This document shows positions 1 to 7,451 of a stretch of 16,131 nucleotides of DNA, one piece after another. Each line of letters begins with the position of its first letter. The stretch's first letter is position 1. Source of the stretch: Conexivisphaerales archaeon. Lineage in GTDB: Archaea; Thermoproteota; Nitrososphaeria; Conexivisphaerales; DTJL01. Below the pieces are notes generated by a model. That model did no database searches and was not told the DNA's origin. It was given only the letters and a program-made list of their open reading frames with translations. Location: assembly GCA_049509455.1 (NCBI GenBank), contig JBEKZX010000035.1:1-16131 (forward strand), read 5' to 3'. The translations under genes were made by a program, and so were the position numbers.

Positions 1-762
1 GAAAGCAGGAGCAGGGTGGGGATCCCCACTTCGCTTGCCATGCACGACATGGGCTTGGCTACGGTCATCGGCTCGGAGAACAGGGATGCCTCTGGAAAGA
101 ACCTGGCTGGAAGCGTAAGGACGGCCATGGAGAGGCTCAGGACGTGGGACGGGAGGAGCCAGGTCCACGAACCGGTGGACAGGAACCTGCGAGAGGCCTT
201 CAGCGAACTGGATAGGTTGGCAGACAAGCTGAACGTATCCGACGTCATCGTCGAAAGATCTGCCTACATCTACAGGAAGGCTATGGAGAAGGGCCTCGTG
301 AGGGGAAGGAGCATCGGCGCCCTCATCGCAGCGTCCACCTATGCCGCCTGCAGGGTGACGGAGACCCCGAGGACGTTGAAGGACGTGGCGGCTGCCAGCA
401 GCCTGAAGAAGAAGGACGTAGCCAGATGCTACCGGCTCCTCCTACGTGAGCTTGAGCTGAGGATGCCAGTCACGGACCCTGTGAAATGTGTCTCCAGAAT
501 CGCCAGCAAGGCAGGCCTGACTGAGAAGACGCAGAGGCGCGCCGTTGGCATATTGAAGGGGGCCATCGAATCCAGGACGAGCGCCGGGAAGGACCCCATG
601 GGACTGGCTGCGGCGGCCCTCTACGTAGCCTGCGTGCTCGAAGGCGAGGACAAGACACAGAAGGACATCGCCGAGGCTGCCGCTGTCACGGAAGTCACCA
701 TAAGGAACAGATACAAGGGGCTGAAGATGGCGCTCAAGATCCAGGAGCCGACGGATGCATAG
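1..762 (+). CDS. tfb: Transcription initiation factor IIB (TFB), 5'-truncated; cyclin-repeat core
   Basis: Frame is open from base 1 (ESRSRVGIPTSLAMHDMGLAT, the B-reader/linker region). Both cyclin repeats are present: RNLREAFSELDRL...GLVRGRS...AASTYAACR and GKDPMGLAAAALYVAC...TQKDIAEAAAVTEVTIRNRYK. The N-terminal Zn ribbon lies upstream of the window. Confidence 0.97.
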   Translation, partial: ESRSRVGIPTSLAMHDMGLATVIGSENRDASGKNLAGSVRTAMERLRTWDGRSQVHEPVDRNLREAFSELDRLADKLNVSDVIVERSAYIYRKAMEKGLVRGRSIGALIAASTYAACRVTETPRTLKDVAAASSLKKKDVARCYRLLLRELELRMPVTDPVKCVSRIASKAGLTEKTQRRAVGILKGAIESRTSAGKDPMGLAAAALYVACVLEGEDKTQKDIAEAAAVTEVTIRNRYKGLKMALKIQEPTDA

Positions 763-992
763 GCTTAGTTAGTCCAGCCCCCAACTCTCTGAATGGCTTG
801 ATGCGGTGAGAAGATCGAGCGGGTGCGTATCGACTATTCGAGGGCGGCTCCATGGCGGATGGAATGGGTATAAGGATATTACATGTTTTTACAAGTCTGC
901 TTGACGTTCTACTAGCAAAGGGACACATCCATTTTGAACACCTTACATCACCTTTTTGAATCTCGAACCCATTCAGGTTTAGAGCCCACCCG

Positions 993-1175
993 CTATTGCT
1001 CGTTCACATGCTGGCCTTCACAATAGAGGTTCATCCCAAACGACTCGGCTTCTTCCAAAGCATCGACCAGAGCGCTGTGGGTATGCCGCCTTGAGGTAAC
1101 GAAACCGAAGCCGTGCATCGCCGCCTTAGTAGTCTCCGACCACTTCTTGCCGAACTTCCTGGTGATGGTCTTCAA
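993..1175 (-). CDS. Possible small hypothetical protein or gene remnant (60 aa)
   Basis: TTG start directly follows the TGA of the upstream dehydrogenase in the same frame; codon usage looks host-like. No family recognised with confidence. Confidence 0.3.
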   Translation of the reverse strand: MKTITRKFGKKWSETTKAAMHGFGFVTSRRHTHSALVDALEEAESFGMNLYCEGQHVNEQ

Positions 1176-2186
1176 TCAGAGCACAGCTGAAGGGAGGGGC
1201 AGGTCCTTCATCGTGCACAGCCCGGGTTTTGCTTCCAAGACCCTCGGTATCATGTTGATGAGCATCGCGACCGTCCCGTAATCGCCGTGCACGCAGGGGG
1301 TTATCTTCGAACGGACGCTGGGCAACCCGTCCACCTCCACGAGGTCGAACTCCTCCTCGGCTCCGACGTAGGCCACGAATTCGTGCTCAATAACAGCCTC
1401 CCCTTCCATCATTCCCTGGGCCGCCTGCCTCAGCCCTGCAACCTTGCCTAGGGGCACCTCCACTCCGTTGCTCCTGACGGCCCTGTCTAGCAATACCGGC
1501 TCTACCTCGCCCAGCCGCAGCTCGTCCAGCTTCCACCCCAAGCCCGCGGCTATCATCGAGATGGACTCCCCAAGCCCGACGTGGCCCGATATCCTTCCCG
1601 TCCGAAGCGCCTCTTTGAACTCCTCCGGAGCCATGCCCGCTCCCACCTTCTTCTGAAAGGGGACCCTCCTCGAGCCCGCGTTAAGCTTCCTGACGACCTT
1701 CACGCGCCTTACCTCGACGCAGGGAGCGGTCAGGACCAGAGGCAGGGCGTCCATGAGGAAGCCGGGGTTGATGCCTGTTCCCAGGACTGTGACGCCGTGC
1801 TCCTTCGCGACAGCGTCCAGCTTCTTGGCGAGCCCTTCGTTCAACAGGTAGGGGAAGGAGAGCTCCTCGCAAGAGGACACCACGTCCAGTCCCCTTCTTA
1901 CCAGCTGTTCGACCTCCGGGTAGACCTTGCTGAAGCTGCTGGAGGTGGTGTGGATGGCTACGTCGGCCTCCCTCCCCTCTAGGGCTTCGTCCACCTCTCC
2001 TGAGATCTTCACCCCCACTGGCCTACCTAGGCCCACTGCCTCCCCCAGGTCCCTGCCCACCTTCCCCGAGTCTACGTCGACGGCGCCCACAATGCGAATC
2101 CAATCTTTCTTCTCCAATATGGCCTTGGCCACCATCGAGCCTATAGCCCCCACCCCGAAAGAAATGGCGTTGACTTGGGATTTCAT
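1176..2186 (-). CDS. 2,4-diaminopentanoate dehydrogenase (Ord)-like / native amine dehydrogenase family NAD(P)-dependent oxidoreductase
   Basis: N-terminal Rossmann motif GVGAIG, then GAVDVD..KVGRDLGE, VVSSCEEL, VLGTGINPGFLMD, GHVGLGES and a C-terminal GDYGTVAMLINMIPRV..A.PGL.TM.DLP. These match the DapB-N plus DAP-DH C-terminal architecture. Substrate not determinable. Confidence 0.85.
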   Translation of the reverse strand: MKSQVNAISFGVGAIGSMVAKAILEKKDWIRIVGAVDVDSGKVGRDLGEAVGLGRPVGVKISGEVDEALEGREADVAIHTTSSSFSKVYPEVEQLVRRGLDVVSSCEELSFPYLLNEGLAKKLDAVAKEHGVTVLGTGINPGFLMDALPLVLTAPCVEVRRVKVVRKLNAGSRRVPFQKKVGAGMAPEEFKEALRTGRISGHVGLGESISMIAAGLGWKLDELRLGEVEPVLLDRAVRSNGVEVPLGKVAGLRQAAQGMMEGEAVIEHEFVAYVGAEEEFDLVEVDGLPSVRSKITPCVHGDYGTVAMLINMIPRVLEAKPGLCTMKDLPLPSAVL

Positions 2187-2233
2187 GAACTCTTTGGGGG
2201 GAGAAGGCGACAGAAAAACGTTGCACCAAGACC

Positions 2234-2262
2234 GGCGTCCTCGCTCATCGACGACGGACGCC
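2234..2262. promoter_or_regulatory. Inverted repeat between the divergent dehydrogenase and aminotransferase genes
   Basis: GGCGTCC (2234-2240) pairs with GGACGCC (2256-2262); TCG/CGA inside can extend the stem. Confidence 0.35.
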
Positions 2263-2284
2263 TCCGGCCCGTTCAGTCTCTTGC

Positions 2285-2294
2285 AAAGTTTAAC
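2285..2294 (+). promoter_or_regulatory. Putative BRE/TATA box of the aminotransferase
   Basis: AAAGTTTAAC lies about 26 nt upstream of the in-frame GTG at 2320, the spacing of a leaderless archaeal promoter. Confidence 0.55.
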
Positions 2295-2319
2295 TCTTCA
2301 CACCTTCTCAGCTCCCCGA

Positions 2320-3642
2320 GTGAAGGCTTTGAGCTACGAAGAGAGGACGCCGGGGTCCAAAGCGCTGTTCGAGAGAGCCTGCAGACACATACCCGGGGGA
2401 GCGACGTACTCCATACGATACTTCGAACCCTACCCGCTCTACATCCGTCGGGCTAGGGGGAGCAGGGTCTGGGATGTCGACGGGAACGAATACATCGACT
2501 TCTGGATGGTGCATTTCGCAGCAATACTAGGCCACGGCTACGAGCCTGTCGTCCAGGCCGTCCGAGATCAGCTCCAATATGGGGCTCACCTAGGCTTCTG
2601 CAACGAATGGGAGGTGGAGTGGTCTGAGTCGGTCTGCAAGTGGTTCGGTGCGGAGAAGGTGAAGCCAGCCAACAGCGGAACCGAGGCCAACATGTACGCC
2701 CTGAGGCTGGCGAGGGCATACACGAAAAGGAGGAAGGTGGGCAAGGTATTCGGAGGCTGGCATGGCGGCTCTGACGACTTGCACGAGGCCGTCAGCTACC
2801 CCTACGACAAGCCTGCCTCCCTCGGCTTGCCAAGCATGCGAGACGTCGTCTTGCTTCCCTTCAACGACCTCGAAGGGGCTGCGAAGGCGGTCAGGGGGAA
2901 GGAGCTGGCCTGCATCATCGTGGAGCCGATGCTGGGGTCAGCTGGGGCCATCCCGGCGCAGGTGGGCTTCCTAAAGGGCCTGAGGGAGATCTGCGACAGG
3001 ACGGGTTCCCTTCTGGTCTTTGACGAAGTCGTGACGGGATTCCGGCATCCCGGCGGCCTGCAGAGATACTTCGGAGTTAGGCCCGATCTGACGACCTTGG
3101 GGAAGGCCGTGGGTGGCCAGTACTTCGGCGGCGCTGGTGGTTTCTGCGGCAGCTCGGAAATCATGGACCTGCTGGACCAGACGAAGAGGACGAAGTTCTG
3201 GGAGCGATCGTTCCTGGGGGGGACCTACACTGGCAACGCGCTCACAATGAGGGCTGGGCACGCAGTGATAAGCGAGCTTCAGAGGAGGAAGGAGGAGGTA
3301 TATCCCTTAGTCGATTCTTTAGGCGAACGGGCTAGGAAGGGGATTGCCGAGGTCTTCAATGAGAACCACTTCGAAGCCTACGTCACAGGCCTGGGCTCGA
3401 TGTTCGGCCTCCATGTCACGAAGGAGATGCCGATGGATGGTGAATCAGCCTCCAGGACGAAGGATGTGATTCTGCATAAGGATCTCTTCGACCACATGGT
3501 GAGGAACGGCGTGGCCTATATGACGCCGCAGAGCCCCCACATGGCCATCTCTTTCGCCCACACCAGGGAGGACATCGACAAGTTCGTGGCCCTCACGGAG
3601 GAGTTCGTCAGGGCTCATCCAGAGAGGAAATCGGTTGGATGA
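2320..3642 (+). CDS. PLP-dependent class III aminotransferase, glutamate-1-semialdehyde aminomutase (HemL)-like fold
   Basis: Motifs RGSRVWDVDGNEYIDF, NSGTEANMYALRLARAYT, LLVFDEVVTGFR and PDLTTLGKAVGG (PLP lysine). The track start at 1927 overlaps the opposite-strand dehydrogenase, so the real start is probably GTG 2320 or TTG 2329. Confidence 0.92.
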   Translation: MKALSYEERTPGSKALFERACRHIPGGATYSIRYFEPYPLYIRRARGSRVWDVDGNEYIDFWMVHFAAILGHGYEPVVQAVRDQLQYGAHLGFCNEWEVEWSESVCKWFGAEKVKPANSGTEANMYALRLARAYTKRRKVGKVFGGWHGGSDDLHEAVSYPYDKPASLGLPSMRDVVLLPFNDLEGAAKAVRGKELACIIVEPMLGSAGAIPAQVGFLKGLREICDRTGSLLVFDEVVTGFRHPGGLQRYFGVRPDLTTLGKAVGGQYFGGAGGFCGSSEIMDLLDQTKRTKFWERSFLGGTYTGNALTMRAGHAVISELQRRKEEVYPLVDSLGERARKGIAEVFNENHFEAYVTGLGSMFGLHVTKEMPMDGESASRTKDVILHKDLFDHMVRNGVAYMTPQSPHMAISFAHTREDIDKFVALTEEFVRAHPERKSVG

Positions 3643-3686
3643 AGGCCTCCGCACCTTGTTGGTGAAGTGGCGGTCGTCAAACATCT

Positions 3687-3980
3687 TCAATTCCTATGCC
3701 GCGCGCCGGACGTATTTGTTGTTATGAACTCGGTCTTCCACAGACATTGGGGATGGCTCGTCGAAGGGGACAGGAGGTTGTCAAGATTGTCGTACTTGGA
3801 GAGCTCGCAGGGCCGGAGAGGAGCCTGAGGCGAGCCCGCCGCGATAGCCAGGAGCGCCCTCGTGATGATGGAGAGGAAGAGGGGCTGGTCCAACTCCTTC
3901 GCTGGCGGGGATGCCGCGGAGAGGATACTCAAGCCCACATACTGGAAGCTGTCATGATTCTTCCAGCCGGGGACGACCAC
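3687..3980 (-). CDS. Possible hypothetical protein or degenerate reading frame (97 aa)
   Basis: Codon usage (ctc/atc/aag/gac/gag) resembles host genes and it lies just downstream of the HTH gene. No motif recognised; it competes with a + strand ORF at 3696-4043. Confidence 0.25.
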   Translation of the reverse strand: MVVPGWKNHDSFQYVGLSILSAASPPAKELDQPLFLSIITRALLAIAAGSPQAPLRPCELSKYDNLDNLLSPSTSHPQCLWKTEFITTNTSGARHRN

Positions 3981-3984
3981 CGGT

Positions 3985-4016
3985 TGATCCTCTGGATCAG
4001 GGTCATCGGGGACCCT
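3985..4016 (-). other. Two abutting hairpins immediately after the stop codon of the HTH gene
   Basis: TGATCC-TCT-GGATCA (3985-3999) and AGGGTC-ATCGGG-GACCCT (3999-4016); the second overlaps the TAG stop at 4015-4017. Confidence 0.35.
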
Positions 4017-4704
4017 AGCGAGATCTGGCGAGTAGCGAATTGACGGATTGTTGAAGCTGAAACAGGGCTATATCCAAGTGATCAACTTTGTCATACAGTT
4101 GAGTCACGAGCATCGAAAGGCTAGTGATGGAATCCAACATCGGAGAGATCTGTGTTTGGAGAGGTATCAGGTTTTGGGCGCGCTCCTCCTTCCTCTGGTT
4201 CGAGCTTTCGATTTCGGAGAGAAACTTCTTCGCCAACTCCTGTTCTCTCTCCCCCTTCTCCTTAGCCGCCTTCTTCATCTTCCAGGTTTCCTCGCAAAGG
4301 AATCTGTACGTGCTCCTTGAGCCCTCCGGGGTCGGGCCCATTACCTCCTCCACGTCCTTGAGGATGGCCTCTGGCGTGTCATAGTCGCGCTGGTTCAGGC
4401 GCGTAAGAAGAAAGTAGTAATCCATAAAGCCTAACGCTGGTCGCTGCGTCGCCGGCGAGGTCTCCACTTGACGTGCTGGCGTCTCAGTTGGCCTGACTTT
4501 CTTCTCTGGTTTGACACCTTTCAGATACCTCTCCAAGGTCGAAGGAGGAACATTTCCGAGAAGGACCCCTATCTTCTCGTAAGTCATATTATCTCTCCTC
4601 CATTTGATGGCTTTCACCTTCTCCTCCTCGGTGAGCTTACTCCTCCTCCTGATCCCCGGCCTTTTCTCCGTCATGTCTCCGGGATTGACTATCCTTAGTG
4701 GCAT
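4015..4704 (-). CDS. Orphan DNA-binding protein: N-terminal helix-turn-helix plus C-terminal coiled coil
   Basis: KLTEEEKVKAIKWRRDNMTYEKIGVLLGNVPPSTLERYLK fits a homeodomain-like/terminase-small-subunit-type HTH. The C-terminus has heptad character (LVTQLYDKVDHLDIALFQLQQSVNSLL). A clear TATA box lies upstream. Confidence 0.75.
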   Translation of the reverse strand: MPLRIVNPGDMTEKRPGIRRRSKLTEEEKVKAIKWRRDNMTYEKIGVLLGNVPPSTLERYLKGVKPEKKVRPTETPARQVETSPATQRPALGFMDYYFLLTRLNQRDYDTPEAILKDVEEVMGPTPEGSRSTYRFLCEETWKMKKAAKEKGEREQELAKKFLSEIESSNQRKEERAQNLIPLQTQISPMLDSITSLSMLVTQLYDKVDHLDIALFQLQQSVNSLLARSR

Positions 4705-4729
4705 AACATATGTACTGAGATACGAACGC

Positions 4730-4737
4730 TATATATA
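4730..4737 (-). promoter_or_regulatory. TATA box of the HTH gene
   Basis: TATATATA lies 26 nt upstream of the ATG at 4704. Confidence 0.7.
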
Positions 4738-4826
4738 CACCCTCCGGCTAACCCTTCCCTAGGTCCGCTGAAACCACCGGATTATTGCGAAGCGGTAATA
4801 AGACCCATGAAGGGTCCTTTGTGGCG

Positions 4827-5126
4827 ATGTTATTCATCATCGACCATACGCACGCTGCCGAGCACTGCCCGGCAGGAACGATCCGCCCGTACAAGGAATT
4901 CACCAACGACCTGAACAAGGCGGCCACCGCCAACGACGTCAAGATAGTCGAGGGCTACGTGGACGGCCCCGGCCATCACATCTACTTCGTAGTTGAAGCC
5001 AAGGATGTCGCCCAACTCTACGCCTTCTCGCTGCCTTTGCTCTCCATAGGGCACACGCACGTGGCCCCCGTATTGAAATGGAACAAGGCTACCGAAGTGA
5101 CCCGGAAGCTCGGTCGTCAGAAGTAA
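4827..5126 (+). CDS. Small His/Cys-rich protein, probable dimeric alpha/beta-barrel (DUF3303/GYD-like), 99 aa
   Basis: MLFIIDHTHAAEHCPAG...GYVDGPGHHIYFVVEAKD...GHTHVAPV matches the H.H..E.CP / H..y.vvEA pattern of small ferredoxin-like barrel proteins. ATG 4827 has TAATAA about 26 nt upstream. Family name is from recall. Confidence 0.7.
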   Translation: MLFIIDHTHAAEHCPAGTIRPYKEFTNDLNKAATANDVKIVEGYVDGPGHHIYFVVEAKDVAQLYAFSLPLLSIGHTHVAPVLKWNKATEVTRKLGRQK

Positions 5127-5171
5127 CGCTCCCTTCAATCAACTGTATTTTTGTTCCCCGGCCAGAGAAGC

Positions 5172-5345
5172 GTGAGCAATCGATTTGACCCTGAAGGGGA
5201 CCCTTGGCATCCCATTCGATATTTCAGGAGACAGGAGGAACTCGAGGCCGCCAGGGAGCTGGGGAACGAAGAGAACTCCGACTGGATCACGGAGCAGCTG
5301 AAGAAGGCCCTGGACCCAAAGGACAGGGACACCGTCGAATTCTAG
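5172..5345 (+). CDS. Small hypothetical protein (57 aa)
   Basis: GTG start about 22-25 nt after TATTTTT; host-like codon usage; charged helical sequence; contains copy 1 of the 33-nt direct repeat. Confidence 0.55.
   Translation: MSNRFDPEGDPWHPIRYFRRQEELEAARELGNEENSDWITEQLKKALDPKDRDTVEF
5271..5303 (+). repeat. 33-nt imperfect direct repeat, copy 1
   Basis: GAGAACTCCGACTGGATCACGGAGCAGCTGAAG; 30/33 identical to 5878-5910. Confidence 0.9.
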
Positions 5346-5505
5346 GAAGGGCTGCGTAGTCGGCTGCCAGGGTTCCGGCCCACCCTGCGGGTCACGGCAT
5401 TACGGCCACCCCACCATGGCGCTTCAGACAAAGCATAAGAGAGTCAACCTCGAAGGCAAGCCGGGTGTAAATCGCCCGGACGAATCCTGAAGGTCGAAGC
5501 TTGGT

Positions 5506-5856
5506 TTGAACAAGTCGTTAGTCGGTGTTGGCCTCTGCCTGGCAGCCGTGGGCCTCTTGTACTTCTGGTATCTATTCTACAAGGGGGCTATCACCGTCAG
5601 TACGGACCCTTGGATTCTGTACTGGGGTGTAACTGGATCCGCGGGGATCGTCCTGGTCCTGATTGGCGTTATCACTAGTCGGGGGAAGGTGGCCAGAATG
5701 CCTTCCAGGTTCTGCGTCCACTGTGGCACGGGCATCAGGTTCAATGAAGAGATCTGTCCTCATTGTGGCCTCGTCACCGACCCTCCTGGAGCCAAACCCC
5801 GGGCTGATGACGGTTCAATGATGAGGCGCCTTGGAAAGCTCCTCGGAGGACGATAG
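5506..5856 (+). CDS. Membrane protein with two TM helices and a C-terminal zinc ribbon
   Basis: Hydrophobic segments (LVGVGLCLAAVGLLYFWYLF; ILYWGVTGSAGIVLVLIGVIT) followed by FCVHCG...ICPHCG (CxxC-x10-CxxC). Confidence 0.8.
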   Translation: MNKSLVGVGLCLAAVGLLYFWYLFYKGAITVSTDPWILYWGVTGSAGIVLVLIGVITSRGKVARMPSRFCVHCGTGIRFNEEICPHCGLVTDPPGAKPRADDGSMMRRLGKLLGGR

Positions 5857-5877
5857 AGTTTACTGGAACAGGTGCAA

Positions 5878-5910
5878 GAGAGCTCCGACTGGGTCACGAA
5901 GCAGCTGAAG
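5878..5910 (+). repeat. 33-nt imperfect direct repeat, copy 2
   Basis: GAGAGCTCCGACTGGGTCACGAAGCAGCTGAAG; differs from copy 1 by three A/G transitions; offset 607 nt. Confidence 0.9.
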
Positions 5911-5954
5911 GGGCGCACCGCCGACGTTTCCCTGAAGCTCCTGTGTTACGGATA

Positions 5955-5963
5955 AAATTAAAT
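5955..5963 (+). promoter_or_regulatory. Putative TATA box of the xpb-bax1 operon
   Basis: AAATTAAAT lies about 25 nt upstream of the in-frame GTG at 5988. Confidence 0.55.
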
Positions 5964-5987
5964 CCTGAGCCGACGACATCGGGTATA

Positions 5988-7445
5988 GTGCAGCCCACCT
6001 ATCTATCCTACGACAGGGGAACCATCTTGATAAGGAGCGAAGCGAAGGTTCCCCACTCGACTTGGGACGACAGGGTCAGGGCGTTCAGGGCCCAGGCCCT
6101 GTATTATAGGGAGATAGTCGAGTTCCTGAAGGAGAGCGACCTGTCAGCGATCGAAGACGACGTCGAGGACCTCCCTCCGTGCCCCGACCTCAGGTGCAAA
6201 GGCGTAACCCTGAGGTCGTACCAGAAGAGGGCGCTCGACTCCTGGGACAAGGCGGGGAGGCGAGGGGCCATAGTGCTGCCTACGGGCGCCGGGAAGACCG
6301 TGATCGCGATGAAGGCCATGGAGCTCGTGAACAAGCCTGCAATCGTGATCGTCCCAACCTTGGACCTGCTCGGCCAGTGGAGAGAAAGGGTCGAGGGGCA
6401 ACTTGGCATCGAGGTCGGAGCGTACGGAGGAGGCGAGAGCATGGTCAAGGCAGTGACGATATGCACGTATGACTCGGCTTACATCAGGGCCGGAGAGCTG
6501 GGCAACAGGTTCAGCCTCCTGATCTTCGACGAAGTACATCACTTGCCCGCCGAAAGCTTCAGGCAGATCGCAGAGATGTTCACGGCTCCGTACAGGATGG
6601 GCCTCACGGCCACCTACGAGAGGGAGGACCTCCTCCATGTCGAACTGCCAAGGCTGATCGGGGGCGTCGTGTACAGGCTCAAGCCGGAGGACCTCGCGGG
6701 AAGGTACCTCTCCGATTACGGCATCGAGAGGATGAATGTAGAACTGACGGAGGGGGAGAAGGAGGAATATGAAAGGAACTACAGGGTCTTCGCCGACTAC
6801 CTGGAGAGCAACAGGATATGGCTCAGGTCGCCGCTGGACTTTCAGAGGTTTATAATGAGGACATCGAGGGACCCTCAGGCAAGGCGGGCGTTGCTCGCTA
6901 GGAACAGGGCGATGAGCATCGCATTCAACTCCCAGGCGAAGATGGAGAAGCTCGAGGAGGTGCTGCGCGAAAACCCGGACGAAAGGATACTCATCTTCAC
7001 CCAACATAACGAGCTTGTGTACAGGATATCGAGGAGGTTCCTACTACCGTTCATAACTCACACGACGGACAAGGAGGAGAGGTATGAGGTATTGAAAGGT
7101 TTCAGGGAAGGAAGGTTCAGGGCTATCGTCACGTCCAAGGTACTTGATGAGGGGATTGACGTGCCGGAGGCTTCCATAGGGGTCATAGTGAGCGGGACCG
7201 GCAGCTCGAGGGAGTTCATCCAGCGCCTGGGGAGGCTGTTGAGAAAGAGCGAGGGGAAGGCGCGGGCGAGGCTGATAGAGCTCGTGTCAAGGGAGACATC
7301 GGAGACGGGGACCAGTAGCAGGAGAAGGAGGGGGAGGAAGATAGATGACGCAGAAGGAGTTGGGGACGGATCTCAGGAAGGAAGTGGCTACGGCGATTAT
7401 GACGGAGAAGGGGATCAGGCGGTCGGGAAGACGGCAGGGAGGTAG
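5988..7445 (+). CDS. xpb: XPB/Rad25/Ssl2-family SF2 DNA helicase
   Basis: Walker A LPTGAGKT, Walker B DEVHH, motif III GLTAT, XPB-specific RED motif (YEREDL), LDEGIDVP and QRLGRLLR; adjacent to a DUF790 gene. GTG 5988 is favoured over 5943 by TATA spacing. Confidence 0.95.
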   Translation: MQPTYLSYDRGTILIRSEAKVPHSTWDDRVRAFRAQALYYREIVEFLKESDLSAIEDDVEDLPPCPDLRCKGVTLRSYQKRALDSWDKAGRRGAIVLPTGAGKTVIAMKAMELVNKPAIVIVPTLDLLGQWRERVEGQLGIEVGAYGGGESMVKAVTICTYDSAYIRAGELGNRFSLLIFDEVHHLPAESFRQIAEMFTAPYRMGLTATYEREDLLHVELPRLIGGVVYRLKPEDLAGRYLSDYGIERMNVELTEGEKEEYERNYRVFADYLESNRIWLRSPLDFQRFIMRTSRDPQARRALLARNRAMSIAFNSQAKMEKLEEVLRENPDERILIFTQHNELVYRISRRFLLPFITHTTDKEERYEVLKGFREGRFRAIVTSKVLDEGIDVPEASIGVIVSGTGSSREFIQRLGRLLRKSEGKARARLIELVSRETSETGTSSRRRRGRKIDDAEGVGDGSQEGSGYGDYDGEGDQAVGKTAGR

Positions 7446-7451
7446 CTGGCG

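Noticed and set aside
734-992. Minus-strand 64-aa ORF and an AGGTG-ATG-TAA start-stop motif after tfb
   Set aside because: No recognisable protein pattern; the region looks like AT-richer intergenic sequence with oligo-T tracts that may terminate tfb.
1927-2319. N-terminal 131 aa of the 571-aa track ORF
   Set aside because: Overlaps the opposite-strand dehydrogenase and the spacer; homology-like sequence begins only at about 2320, where TATA spacing also points.
3696-4043. + strand 115-aa ORF
   Set aside because: Arg-rich shadow-like composition, no motif, and overlaps the HTH gene's 3' end.
5349-5416. tRNA-like look (GGGCTG...CACCCC-ACCA)
   Set aside because: Only 68 nt, mismatched acceptor stem, and no TTC T-loop or D-arm consensus.
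5422-5492. Resemblance to cobalamin/FMN riboswitch (GGTGTAAATC) or HEARO/omega RNA (GTCAAC)
   Set aside because: Only isolated short motifs match; other conserved elements and cognate genes are missing.
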